Shown here: piece after piece, positions 32,862 to 41,486 of the stretch | Layout of the letters: every line of letters begins with the position of its first letter | Numbering within the stretch: position 1 is the stretch's first letter | DNA from: Gemmatimonadota bacterium | Lineage (GTDB): Bacteria > Gemmatimonadota > Gemmatimonadetes > Longimicrobiales > RSA9 | Assembly (NCBI GenBank): GCA_040905425.1 | Contig: JBBDRO010000032.1 | Coordinates: forward strand, 38,366 to 102,365 | Reading direction: 5' to 3' | DNA length: 64,000 nucleotides | Notes under the pieces: model-generated | Seen by the model: the letters and a program-made list of their open reading frames with translations, nothing else | Databases searched by the model: none | What the model was told of the DNA's origin: nothing | Translations under genes and position numbers: made by a program

Positions 32862-34173
32862 TCTACGGCGCCGGCTCGCTGGGGTACGGTTGCGTGTCGG
32901 CTCACATGCTGCACTGTTACTGGTCGCGCAGCTTACCGCCGCCTGCGGCGACCCGCCCGCGGACCGACCGGCCGCCTACGTCAATGTCCGTGACAGCGCC
33001 GGCATCCAGATCGTGGAAAACGGCCCGCTGGCCAGCGTGGACACGCTGGGGATCATGGTGGACAGCGCCGCGCGCGTGCGCATCGGGCTGGTGGACGGGG
33101 ACGCGCCTTACGTGTTCAGCCGCATCGTGGGCGCCACGCGGCTCGCGGACGGGCGGGTGGCCGTTGCGGACCAGCGCGCCGCCGAAGTGCGTTTCTTCGA
33201 TGGTGAGGGGCGGTTCCTTTCGGCGGTGGGGGGGCGGGGCAGTGGCCCCGGGGAGTACATCAATTTCTATCGCGCCTTCCGCATGCCTGGCGATTCTCTA
33301 CTCATCGTGGATCACGAAGGGGGGCGCTGGCATTTTGTCGACACCCAGGGGATGGGGGCGCAGACACAGCGGCCGACCGGGTACACGTCGGCCCGGACGG
33401 GCTCTACGCAGCGGCACCGGGTCGAGACCACCTACGCGGACGGCGCCCTCCTGGTGCGGGAACCGCTTACCGACTGCTTGTCGCGGGCGATGGAAGCCGC
33501 TGGCGTATGCACCGATTCCCTCCGCCTGATGCGCATTTCACGGAACGGAGAGGTGCTCGCTGACTTCGGCGCCGTTGCGGGCCAGCAGGCCTACCGCGCG
33601 CGCATGGCGTCCGGTGTCTTCAGCGTTGTCCTGGAATTCTACGGGCAGGGCGCGTGGGCAGTGGCGGGGACGCGCACGTATATCGGAACGGGCGATGCGC
33701 TGGAACTCCGCCGCTTCGGTCCAACCGGCGCTCTGGAGCAGATCATCCGCGTGGACGAGGCCCCGGTGCCGACGTCAGCCGGCTTCGATCCTACCGAGGT
33801 GCCGGACTCAATGTTCGAGGATGAAGAAACGCGGGATAGGCATGCAGAGTGGCGCGCCATGGCTCTGGAGGCGCCAAAACCCGCTGGTCACCCCATCTTC
33901 GAAGCATTGGTGGCTGATGCAACGGGTAGTATCTGGGTCCGCCTGACCCGCGCGACCGGAGCGGCACTGGGCCACGGCCTGCGTTGGGCTGTAATCGACT
34001 CCACGGGTACGCTCCGGCACGTGGTCCGAACGCCCCCGCTCATGCTGCCCGCATTCTTCCCGGCGGGCAGCGGGATCGAGATCGGCAAGGATTACCTGAT
34101 GGCCCCCGGCATTGGAGACTACCAGGTGCCGGTGGTGGACCTCTATCCTCTCGTCCGACGAGACGATGGCTGA
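32854..34173 (+). CDS. NHL/beta-propeller-type lipoprotein, paralogue 4 (tandem array member)
   Basis: 439 aa from GTG 32854, overlapping the upstream stop (GTGGCTGA); lipobox LTAAC; GGRGSGPGEY motif. Confidence 0.78.
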   Translation: MADLRRRLAGVRLRVGSHAALLLVAQLTAACGDPPADRPAAYVNVRDSAGIQIVENGPLASVDTLGIMVDSAARVRIGLVDGDAPYVFSRIVGATRLADGRVAVADQRAAEVRFFDGEGRFLSAVGGRGSGPGEYINFYRAFRMPGDSLLIVDHEGGRWHFVDTQGMGAQTQRPTGYTSARTGSTQRHRVETTYADGALLVREPLTDCLSRAMEAAGVCTDSLRLMRISRNGEVLADFGAVAGQQAYRARMASGVFSVVLEFYGQGAWAVAGTRTYIGTGDALELRRFGPTGALEQIIRVDEAPVPTSAGFDPTEVPDSMFEDEETRDRHAEWRAMALEAPKPAGHPIFEALVADATGSIWVRLTRATGAALGHGLRWAVIDSTGTLRHVVRTPPLMLPAFFPAGSGIEIGKDYLMAPGIGDYQVPVVDLYPLVRRDDG

Positions 34174-35473
34174 GGCCCGGAGGCGGCTACCATGCCGGAG
34201 GACGCGACCGGGCGCACAGGCCGGGCCTGTACTGCTTGTCCTGCTGGCCGCCGCGTGCGGCCAGCAGGCCGCCGACCCCCTGGCCGCCTACGTCAACGTC
34301 CGTGACAGCGCCGGCATCCAGATCGTGGAGAACGGCCCGCTGGCCAGTGTGGACACGCTGGGGATCGTGGTGGACAGCGCCGGGCGCATGCGCATCGGAC
34401 TGGTGGATGGGGACGCGCCGTACCTCTTCGAGCGGATCGTGGCGGCCACCCGGCTCAGCGATGGACGCATTGCCATTGGTGAATCCGGCAGCGCCGAGAT
34501 CCGCTTTTTTGATGATGAGGGCCGTTTCCTGTCGGCGGAGGGCGGCAAGGGCGGCGGTCCGGGTGAGTACGTCAACTTCTACAACTTTCATCCGTTGCGG
34601 GCCGATTCCTTGCTGATCGTGGATTATGAGGGTCTGCGCTGGCACTTCGCCGGCAGCGACGGCGTGCCGGGGTGGCGGCGGGAGGCGCCGCGCTACCCGC
34701 CCACGCGGGGCACCTACTCTCCAAGCTACCGCCTGCGGGACACCTATGCCGATGGCACCCTGCTGGTGTCCCGCGGGGTGCCCTCCGGCTGCCCGCCCTA
34801 CCAGCCCGATCTGAGCGTCCTCTGCACCGATTCCATCCGGCTCCTGCGCATGGACCGCGCGGGCGAGGTGCTGGCGGATTTTGGTGTTAGCGCCTCCACC
34901 ACGGTGTATTCCTGGCGCGCGGCCGGCGGTCCAAGCATTAGCCTGACCAATCTGTACGGGGACGGCCGTTCCCTGGTGGCCGGGATGCAGACGTACATTG
35001 CCCACGGGAGCGTGCTGGAGCTGCGTCGCTTTGATCCCGATGGACGCCTCGTGCGGATCGTACGCATTGCGGAGCCGGCTCATCCGATGCCCGAGTCATG
35101 GCCGATGCCGCCCGTCACGGATGAGGAGAGTCGGATCCTCGCGGCGCGCTTGCAGGAGGCCTTCGAGGCTGCGCCCAAGCCGCCCCATTTCCCGATGTTC
35201 ACGGACATCGTGACGGAGCGCGTTTCCGGTAGCCTGTGGATCCGCCTGGCTGCACCGCCCGGGCAGGAGGCGCGGGCAGGACTGCGTTGGGCCGTGGTGG
35301 ACTCCGCCGGCGTCCTGCGGCACGTGATCCGTACACCCAATCTTGCGGGGCCGTCACCCTTCAGCCTGGTGCCCACGATAGAGATCGGCCAGGACCACCT
35401 CCTGAACATCGCTCGCGACTCGTTCCAGGTGCCGGTGGTGGACCTCTACCCCATCGTGCGCCGGGAACCGTAG
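34166..35473 (+). CDS. NHL/beta-propeller-type lipoprotein, paralogue 5 (tandem array member)
   Basis: 435 aa from ATG 34166, overlapping the upstream stop (ATGGCTGA); lipobox LAAAC; GGKGGGPGEY motif. Confidence 0.8.
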   Translation: MAEARRRLPCRRTRPGAQAGPVLLVLLAAACGQQAADPLAAYVNVRDSAGIQIVENGPLASVDTLGIVVDSAGRMRIGLVDGDAPYLFERIVAATRLSDGRIAIGESGSAEIRFFDDEGRFLSAEGGKGGGPGEYVNFYNFHPLRADSLLIVDYEGLRWHFAGSDGVPGWRREAPRYPPTRGTYSPSYRLRDTYADGTLLVSRGVPSGCPPYQPDLSVLCTDSIRLLRMDRAGEVLADFGVSASTTVYSWRAAGGPSISLTNLYGDGRSLVAGMQTYIAHGSVLELRRFDPDGRLVRIVRIAEPAHPMPESWPMPPVTDEESRILAARLQEAFEAAPKPPHFPMFTDIVTERVSGSLWIRLAAPPGQEARAGLRWAVVDSAGVLRHVIRTPNLAGPSPFSLVPTIEIGQDHLLNIARDSFQVPVVDLYPIVRREP

Positions 35474-35519
35474 ATGGCTCAACCCGGTTCGTGAAGCATA
35501 CACCGTTACTGGAGACCCG

Positions 35520-36131
35520 ATGATCAAACGCTTTCTGGGACTGTCCGCGGCTCTGGCCATGCTCACCATTGCGCCCGCTACGGCCCAGGAGGTCCCGCCG
35601 CTCGGCCCCAAGGACGGCACCGACCTGCCACCTACCGATCTGGAGCGTGTGACGGTGGGCATGGCCGCGCCCGACTTCACCCTGCAGCGCCACGGCGGCG
35701 GCACGGTGACGCTCTCCCAGTTCCGCGGTGCCAAGCGTGTGATCCTGGTCTTCTACCGCGGACACTGGTGACCGTACTGCCAACGGCAGCTAGGTGAGCT
35801 GCGTGACCTCCTGGACGATGAGCTCCGGGCGAACACGGAACTGCTGGTCGTCTCCGTGGACGGCGAGCGGGAGACGGCCATCAGCGTGGCACGGATCGCG
35901 GCGGCCGGCACGCAGCCGGACTTCTCGTTCCTCTACGATCCGGACCACAAAGTCATCGATCGCTACGGCCTGCTGAATCCGGCGGGCAGCCGGCAGGGGA
36001 TTCCGCATCCGGCCACGTACGTGATCGACGAGGAGGGGGTCGTGCGCTGGCGCTTCGTGGAGACGGACTACACGGTGCGGGCGTCGAACGAGGCCATCCT
36101 GGCCGCGCTACGCGGCCTGGGCGGGGGCTGA
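35520..36131 (+). CDS. secreted AhpC/TSA-redoxin (thioredoxin-fold) protein, candidate selenoprotein with in-frame UGA at 35769-35771
   Basis: Track ORFs 35520..35771 and 35856..36131 share a frame and are separated only by TGA 35769. Read-through gives FYRGHW-U-PYCQRQL, a WCPxC motif with TGA at the first Cys; signal peptide present; downstream PATYVIDEEGVVRW. Confidence 0.65.
35786..35802 (+). promoter_or_regulatory. SECIS-like hairpin candidate
   Basis: GCAGCT-AGGTG-AGCTGC: 6-bp stem, extendable with bulges; the apical loop contains GGT and starts 21 nt after the TGA; an alternative overlapping hairpin is CTGCC-AAC-GGCAG at 35777-35789. Confidence 0.5.
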
Positions 36132-36211
36132 CGAGCCGCACCGGTCGTCGCCCCCGCCCCGGGGGATATGGCTCGACCCGGCCGGCCCCTCGGGAGCGGG
36201 GGGCACCCTGA

Positions 36212-36964
36212 TCAGCCGCCTTCCAGCATCTCCCCGGTATCCTCCCACCGCCAGGTGGCCAGGATGGTGGCCATGCGCGGGCCCATGCCGTCGCCGTACT
36301 CGGGCGGGTAGCGGTAGAGCACGTGGAAGAACCGGTCCCCGTGGCGGCCCAGGCCGAGGGCGCCCACGAAGCGCGGCTGGCCGGTGGGCGGCATCTGGAA
36401 GGCGCGCTCGAGCAGCGCCCAGGAGAAGCGGTCGGTGCGGGACGTGCCGGCGTCGGCCACATCCTCCTCCTGGCTGCCCTGGCTCACGGGCACCTGCAGG
36501 CCGGTGAGGATGCCCCGCACCATGGTGCGCGCCTCTTCCTCGGTGGTGCCCGGGGGATGCGCGTAGATGTGCAGGAAGGCGGCGCTGTCCGCTACGCCGG
36601 TGAAGTTGGCGGCCACCCGCACGGCGGCGCCTCCGTCGGCGGCGAAGCGCTCGGGGGTGAGCCCCTCGGGCACGTAGAAGCTCAGGGGCAGGCCGGCGGA
36701 ATCCTCCCAGGTGAAGAGCCGCAGCGTGATGGGCTCGGGCATGCCTTCCACCGCCAGCGTGTCCACCATGGTGGCCGGCCGCTCGGGCAGCTCGGCGGCC
36801 CCGGTCGTCGCCGCCTCCTCGTCCGCGCCCGGCTGGCAGCCGATGGCGAACAGGCCGGCCAGCAGCAGGCCGGCGCGGCGGCTGAAAGCGCGGCCGAACC
36901 GGCTGCCGAAGCGGCGCATCGGACCGCGCATCGGGTGGCGCGGGGCGGGGCGAAGATAGCGCAT
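36212..36964 (-). CDS. hypothetical lipoprotein
   Basis: 250-aa ORF; Arg-rich N-terminus then LLLAGLFAIGC lipobox; start uncertain, with several in-frame Met near the N-terminus. Confidence 0.55.
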   Translation of the reverse strand: MRYLRPAPRHPMRGPMRRFGSRFGRAFSRRAGLLLAGLFAIGCQPGADEEAATTGAAELPERPATMVDTLAVEGMPEPITLRLFTWEDSAGLPLSFYVPEGLTPERFAADGGAAVRVAANFTGVADSAAFLHIYAHPPGTTEEEARTMVRGILTGLQVPVSQGSQEEDVADAGTSRTDRFSWALLERAFQMPPTGQPRFVGALGLGRHGDRFFHVLYRYPPEYGDGMGPRMATILATWRWEDTGEMLEGG

Positions 36965-37075
36965 GAGACCTCGGAGCTAGGGGGCACGCGTGGCGCGGCG
37001 CGCAGCATGGAAGAAACGCGCCGGCACGGCCGATGCTTCGCTTGGACGGCAGCGAAACCCCAGCCAGGAGGAGTC

Positions 37076-37372
37076 ATGCCCAGAACCATCGAAGCGGACG
37101 GCGACCGGTGGGAGGTGCGGGCGGAGATGACGGACGCGCGGCCGGACGCGCACGCCTTGGTCTTCCATTGCGTCAGCAATCGCCAGCGCCCCTACCAGGT
37201 GGCGGAGGTGCCGGCCGCGGATTGGGACGGGCGGGACGTGGACGGGTTCGAGGAGGAGGACCTGCGCCGCCTCTTCGCGGGCTCGCAACCGCTCGACTAT
37301 ACGCACGACGCGGACGCCGATGACCCGGACTGGCCGGGCCTGCGCGCGGACCCGGGCGCCGAAAGGGAGTGA
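37076..37372 (+). CDS. small acidic hypothetical protein
   Basis: 98 aa from ATG 37076, with AGGAGGAG 5 nt upstream; high GC3. The track ORF 36323..37372 upstream part is antisense shadow. Confidence 0.5.
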   Translation: MPRTIEADGDRWEVRAEMTDARPDAHALVFHCVSNRQRPYQVAEVPAADWDGRDVDGFEEEDLRRLFAGSQPLDYTHDADADDPDWPGLRADPGAERE

Positions 37373-37566
37373 GCGGCCGATCGCGAGCGGCGTGAGCCGG
37401 CATCACCGTGGCAGGGTGCCATGGCCAGGGAGGCCCCGCGCACGCGCAGACGAGCGAAGTGCAGGGCGGGCGCGTCGCGCACATGATCCGGCGGCCCCGC
37501 GCATGCGCAAGCGGGCGGGGCCCAGGAACGATGATGGGTGCCGCGGAAGGTGACGCCCCTCGTCGC

Positions 37567-38121
37567 TTACCCGATCTCGACGAGTCCTTCGTACATGGGG
37601 TTGGTCACGATGTCCCCGTCCTCGTTGACCACCACGCGGTCCCACGGGAAGATGGCGGTGGCGTCCGTCTCCAGGGCGTAGAAGTCGGGGCGGTGGCCGC
37701 CCACCTTCACCAGGCTCGTGGCCGTGCGGATCTCCTCGGGACCGACCTGGCGGAGGGCGTTGGTGGCCATGCGCAGCGTCTCACCCGAGGTGCATACCTC
37801 GTCCACGATGAGCACGCGGCGGCCCCGCGCCTCCTTGGGCGCGGCGGAGAGGATGCGCGGCCGTGCTGCGGGGGTCATGCCTTCCACGTCCCGGCTGATC
37901 TTGAGCGAGAAGAAGTCCTTGCGGAGGATCGAGGCCACCACCGCGCCGGGGATCACGCCGGCCTTGGCAATGCCCACGATGATCTCGGGCTGCCAGCCGC
38001 TGCGCGCTACCTTGAGCGCCAGGCCGCGACAGAGCTCGCCGAAGAATTCCCAGCCCATATCCAGCACGCCGTTGTCGGGCGTGCCACCTGCGCGGTTGTC
38101 GGCCAGACCAGGGGCGAGCAT
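37567..38121 (-). CDS. phosphoribosyltransferase (purine PRTase-like)
   Basis: 184 aa from ATG 38121; PRPP-binding motif RRVLIVDEVCTSGETL. The 390-aa track ORF is an upstream extension. Confidence 0.8.
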   Translation of the reverse strand: MLAPGLADNRAGGTPDNGVLDMGWEFFGELCRGLALKVARSGWQPEIIVGIAKAGVIPGAVVASILRKDFFSLKISRDVEGMTPAARPRILSAAPKEARGRRVLIVDEVCTSGETLRMATNALRQVGPEEIRTATSLVKVGGHRPDFYALETDATAIFPWDRVVVNEDGDIVTNPMYEGLVEIG

Positions 38122-38223
38122 GACGTCCTCCGGGGTGTGTGAGGTGCGGGCCGCAACATAGCGGCGGGCGGTTGGCGGGGAAACCGGTTGACCCCCCGCC
38201 TCCGCTCCCGCATCCTCCAGGCC

Positions 38224-38667
38224 ATGACGAACGACGAGCAGCGCGCGCGCGCTGACGAGAAGCTCGAGGCCGCACTGGCGGCGCGCTCCCTGGCCGACCC
38301 GCGGCCCTGGCTGCGCGACCGCCTCCGCCTGCTCCGGGAGCGGACTCCGCAGGCCTTCGAGGCGGCGCTGGCGCACTACCAGGGTGAGCTCCTGCCGGCG
38401 GTGGCGGGTGGCGCCGACCCGGTGGCGGCGTGGATCGGTTACGGCCGCGCGCTGGGCGAGTGGACCGCGCCGGGCCGCACGGTGGCGGTGGATCCCTCGG
38501 GCCGGGCCCGTGCCTGGGAGGCGCCCCACAGCGACGACCTGCTGGTGCTCCACCTGCCCGAGGCGGCGGAGGCGCCGGCGCTGTGCATCCTTGGGCCCGC
38601 GCGCCCCACGCCGGCGCAGCGGGCGGCGCTGGAGCTGCTGGTGCTGGGGCGGGAGGCACCGGGATGA
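38224..38667 (+). CDS. hypothetical protein
   Basis: 147 aa from ATG 38224; high GC3; no motif recognised. Confidence 0.45.
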   Translation: MTNDEQRARADEKLEAALAARSLADPRPWLRDRLRLLRERTPQAFEAALAHYQGELLPAVAGGADPVAAWIGYGRALGEWTAPGRTVAVDPSGRARAWEAPHSDDLLVLHLPEAAEAPALCILGPARPTPAQRAALELLVLGREAPG

Positions 38668-38798
38668 GGGGATGGGGCCGGTACCGCCGGAGCGGGCAGC
38701 ACTGAGGCCGCCGCCCGGCAGCCGGCCTCCAAAGCACACGAGCGCGGAGCCTCCGAGGAAGCTCCGCGCTCGCGCAATGGGGGAGGCGTGTCCCTTCG

Positions 38799-40049
38799 TC
38801 AGCCGCGCGCCATGCTGTCCAGGAACTCCTTGTTGGTCTTCGTCCGCTTCATGCGGTCCAGCAGGAACTCCAGCGCCTCCGCCGGCGGCATGTCCGCCAG
38901 GAAGTTGCGCAGCAGGTAGACCCGGTTGAGCTCCACCTCGTCGAGCAGCAGCTCTTCCTTGCGCGTGCCGGAACGGTTGATGTCCACGGCCGGGAAGATG
39001 CGCTTGTCGGAGATGTGGCGATCCAGCACCACTTCCATGTTGCCGGTGCCCTTGAACTCCTCGAAGATCACCTCATCCATGCGCGAGCCCGTCTCGATCA
39101 GCGCGGTGGCGATGATGGTCAGCGAGCCGCCCTGGTCGATGTTGCGGGCGGCGCCGAAGAAGCGCTTGGGCTTGTGCAGCGCGTTGGCGTCCACACCGCC
39201 CGAGAGGATCTTCCCGGAGTGGGGGACGGTGACGTTGTAGGCGCGGGCCAGACGGGTGATGGAGTCCAGCAGGATCACCACGTCCTTGCCGTGCTCCACC
39301 AGGCGCTTGGCCTTCTCGATGACCATCTCCGCCACCTGCGTGTGGCGGTCGGCGGGCTCGTCGAAGGTGGAGGAGATGACCTCCGCCGGGACGTGCTCCT
39401 CCATGTCCGTGACCTCCTCGGGCCGCTCGTCGATGAGCAGCACGATGAGGTGCACGTCCGGATGGTTCTCGATGATGGCGTTGGCCATCTTCTGCATGAG
39501 CATCGTCTTACCGGCCTTCGGCGGCGAGACGATGAGCCCGCGCTGTCCCTTCCCGATCGGCACCACCAGGTCCATGAGACGCATGGAGATGTCTTCGTTT
39601 TCGGTCTCCAGGTGGAGCCGACTCTCGGGGTAGCGCGGGCGCAGATTGTCGAAGGCGATCCGGTGCTTGGCGCGGTCCGGGTCGTCCATGTTGACGGCTT
39701 CCACCTTGAGCAGCGCCAGGTACCGCTCGCCCTCCTTGGGTGGACGCACCTGCCCCATGACGGTATCACCGGTGCGCAGGTCGAACCGCTTTATCTGGGA
39801 CGGGGAGACGTAGATGTCATCAGGGCCGTAGAGGTAGTTCCAGTCCTGCGAACGGAGGAAGCCGTAGCCCTCCGGCAGGATCTCGAGCACACCCTCACCT
39901 CGCAGGACCACGTCGCTGTCCAGGAGGTTCTGTTCGATACGGAAGATCAGGTCCTGCTTACGCAGGCCTGAATAATTCGAGATGTTGAGCTCCTCCGCCA
40001 TGTCATGCAGTTCGGCGATGGACTTGCTCTTGAGCTCCGCGATGTCCAC
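38799..40049 (-). CDS. rho: transcription termination factor Rho
   Basis: 416 aa; N-terminal [17 protein letters not shown]-binding GYGFLR, Walker [18 protein letters not shown] and [11 protein letters not shown]. Confidence 0.96.
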   Translation of the reverse strand: MDIAELKSKSIAELHDMAEELNISNYSGLRKQDLIFRIEQNLLDSDVVLRGEGVLEILPEGYGFLRSQDWNYLYGPDDIYVSPSQIKRFDLRTGDTVMGQVRPPKEGERYLALLKVEAVNMDDPDRAKHRIAFDNLRPRYPESRLHLETENEDISMRLMDLVVPIGKGQRGLIVSPPKAGKTMLMQKMANAIIENHPDVHLIVLLIDERPEEVTDMEEHVPAEVISSTFDEPADRHTQVAEMVIEKAKRLVEHGKDVVILLDSITRLARAYNVTVPHSGKILSGGVDANALHKPKRFFGAARNIDQGGSLTIIATALIETGSRMDEVIFEEFKGTGNMEVVLDRHISDKRIFPAVDINRSGTRKEELLLDEVELNRVYLLRNFLADMPPAEALEFLLDRMKRTKTNKEFLDSMARG

Positions 40050-40210
40050 GGGTCAGTTGCTCCGGGAATGCGTACGTATGAGGGAACCGGTGGGCTTCAC
40101 CGTCGCGCTGGGTTCGTTTGAGGAAAGCGTCGTATTGAACCTGGGTCGGGCCGGCACCGGAACGGCACCGGTGGACGGGGAGGCAGTCCGGATCTGTTGG
40201 CGATTACTGT

Positions 40211-40239
40211 AGTCTACGGTGTGGGCGGGGTCCGGTCAA
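40211..40239 (-). promoter_or_regulatory. sigma70-like promoter candidate for rho
   Basis: On the minus strand: TTGACC (40239-40234), 17-nt spacer, TAGACT (40216-40211); predicts a leader of about 155 nt. Confidence 0.4.
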
Positions 40240-40305
40240 GGGCCTTGCGGCCGCGCGGAGCAACGTCTTGATCGCGCCGCGGACCTGCCGGTGCCCGCGC
40301 GCCGC

Positions 40306-40334
40306 TTGACAGCCGCGTGCGCCGCGGGAATGTT
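40306..40334 (+). promoter_or_regulatory. promoter candidate for the 40374 operon
   Basis: TTGACA (40306-40311), 17-nt spacer, AATGTT (40329-40334); the -10 element is weak. Confidence 0.3.
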
Positions 40335-40373
40335 CCCCTTCCCAAACCCACCTCAATACCCTGTGGAGGCGGC

Positions 40374-40757
40374 ATGGCACGCCACAACCGGGACGGTCGG
40401 GGCACCGATCAGCGCGGCGAGGACTACGAGATCGGCTACCAGCCCGACTGGCTGAAGCAGATCAAGGTGACCCGTAACCTGGAAAGCGGCCGCCAGTCCA
40501 CCAAGACGCTGTTCCGCAACCCTGGCTTCAAGGAACAGCCGCCAGGGCAGAAGGTGCGCACGCGCATCCGCTGCCCCCGGCAGAAGCTGGACTTCGAGAT
40601 CAGCGTAGACGACCCGCGCGGCATCGTCACGCGCATCACCGTGGAGACCGTGCTGCCGGACAGCGACGGCGACACGGTCATGTTCTCCATCGAGGAGGAG
40701 CTGCCGCCCCCGAACGGGGACGACGGCGATCCGGACGGCGACGGCGGCGGCAACTGA
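40374..40757 (+). CDS. hypothetical protein
   Basis: 127 aa from ATG 40374, preceded by GGAGG; acidic Gly/Asp-rich tail; no family recognised. Confidence 0.5.
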   Translation: MARHNRDGRGTDQRGEDYEIGYQPDWLKQIKVTRNLESGRQSTKTLFRNPGFKEQPPGQKVRTRIRCPRQKLDFEISVDDPRGIVTRITVETVLPDSDGDTVMFSIEEELPPPNGDDGDPDGDGGGN

Positions 40758-40769
40758 GGCCGGCGCCCG

Positions 40770-41486
40770 GTGGCGGCGCTCCTCCTCGGCACCCACGCCC
40801 TCCGGCTCCTGCTGGCCGGGCTGCTGTGCGCCGTCCTGCTCCGTCGGGGCGGCGCCCTGTCCCGCCAGGCGCGCGCGGGATGGCTGCTCCTGGCGGCGTT
40901 CTATGTAATCCTGGCGCTGGACAACCTCCTCATCGAGGGGCTGCGCCGCACCCTCGGCGGCGGTCACGCCGGCTACCTCCGGTTCTACAGCCAGACCTAC
41001 CTGCTGAACTCCATCCTGAGCTACGCCCTGCCCGCCGCGCTGCTCGCGGTGCTCGCCGACGTCCGGGGCCTGCGCATCGGCGCGGGCGTGGCGGCCGTGG
41101 CGCTGGGCGCGGGCGGCGCCATGGTGGCCGTGGGCCAACCGCCGGAGAGCTGGGCGGCGCTCTTCAACGTGACGCGCGTCCTCTCGCTCCTGGGCATTGC
41201 CGGCTACCTGGTGTTCGTGGGGCTGCAGGTGCTCGGCCGCCTGCCGGCCGCGGGGCGCCACCTGGGCGCCGTGGTGGGGATCCGCGCGGCGTTCGTGCTG
41301 CTGGTACCGGTCAACGAGGCGTTCTTCGACTGGCTCGAACGCAGCCGGGCGGCGGGCGCCGTCCCCGTGGAAACCACGCTGGCTGACTACTGGTTCCTGC
41401 TGCAGCTTCTGCAGCTCGTGGCCACGCTGGCCCAGGTGGCCGTGGTGGCCCATTTCCTCCGGCGCACGCCCCCTGCGCGCCGATGA
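40770..41486 (+). CDS. polytopic membrane protein (hypothetical; possible sensor module)
   Basis: 238 aa with about 6-7 hydrophobic helices; its stop overlaps the start of the histidine kinase (ATGA at 41483-41486). Confidence 0.55.
   Translation: MAALLLGTHALRLLLAGLLCAVLLRRGGALSRQARAGWLLLAAFYVILALDNLLIEGLRRTLGGGHAGYLRFYSQTYLLNSILSYALPAALLAVLADVRGLRIGAGVAAVALGAGGAMVAVGQPPESWAALFNVTRVLSLLGIAGYLVFVGLQVLGRLPAAGRHLGAVVGIRAAFVLLVPVNEAFFDWLERSRAAGAVPVETTLADYWFLLQLLQLVATLAQVAVVAHFLRRTPPARR

Noticed and set aside
31554-35473. Diversity-generating retroelement or cassette-based antigenic variation as the explanation for the constant-5'/variable-body paralogues
   Set aside because: There is no reverse transcriptase, no template/variable repeat pair with adenine-specific differences, no invertase and no silent promoterless cassettes. 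All three genes have their own starts and lipoboxes. Gene conversion remains only a hypothesis.
37781-38739. Long minus-strand ORFs 37567..38739 (upstream part) and 37781..38737
   Set aside because: Only the last 184 codons of 37567..38739 show the PRTase motif. The remainder and the alternative frame are Pro/Arg/Gly-rich shadow translations overlapping the plus-strand ORF 38224..38667.
38740-38771. 11-bp perfect hairpin GAGCGCGGAGC/GCTCCGCGCTC between convergent rho and ORF 38224..38667, considered as an intrinsic terminator
   Set aside because: There is no U-tract on the plus strand and only a weak TGCTTTGG on the minus strand. It may still act as a stabiliser or Rho-dependent pause, but I did not call it a terminator.
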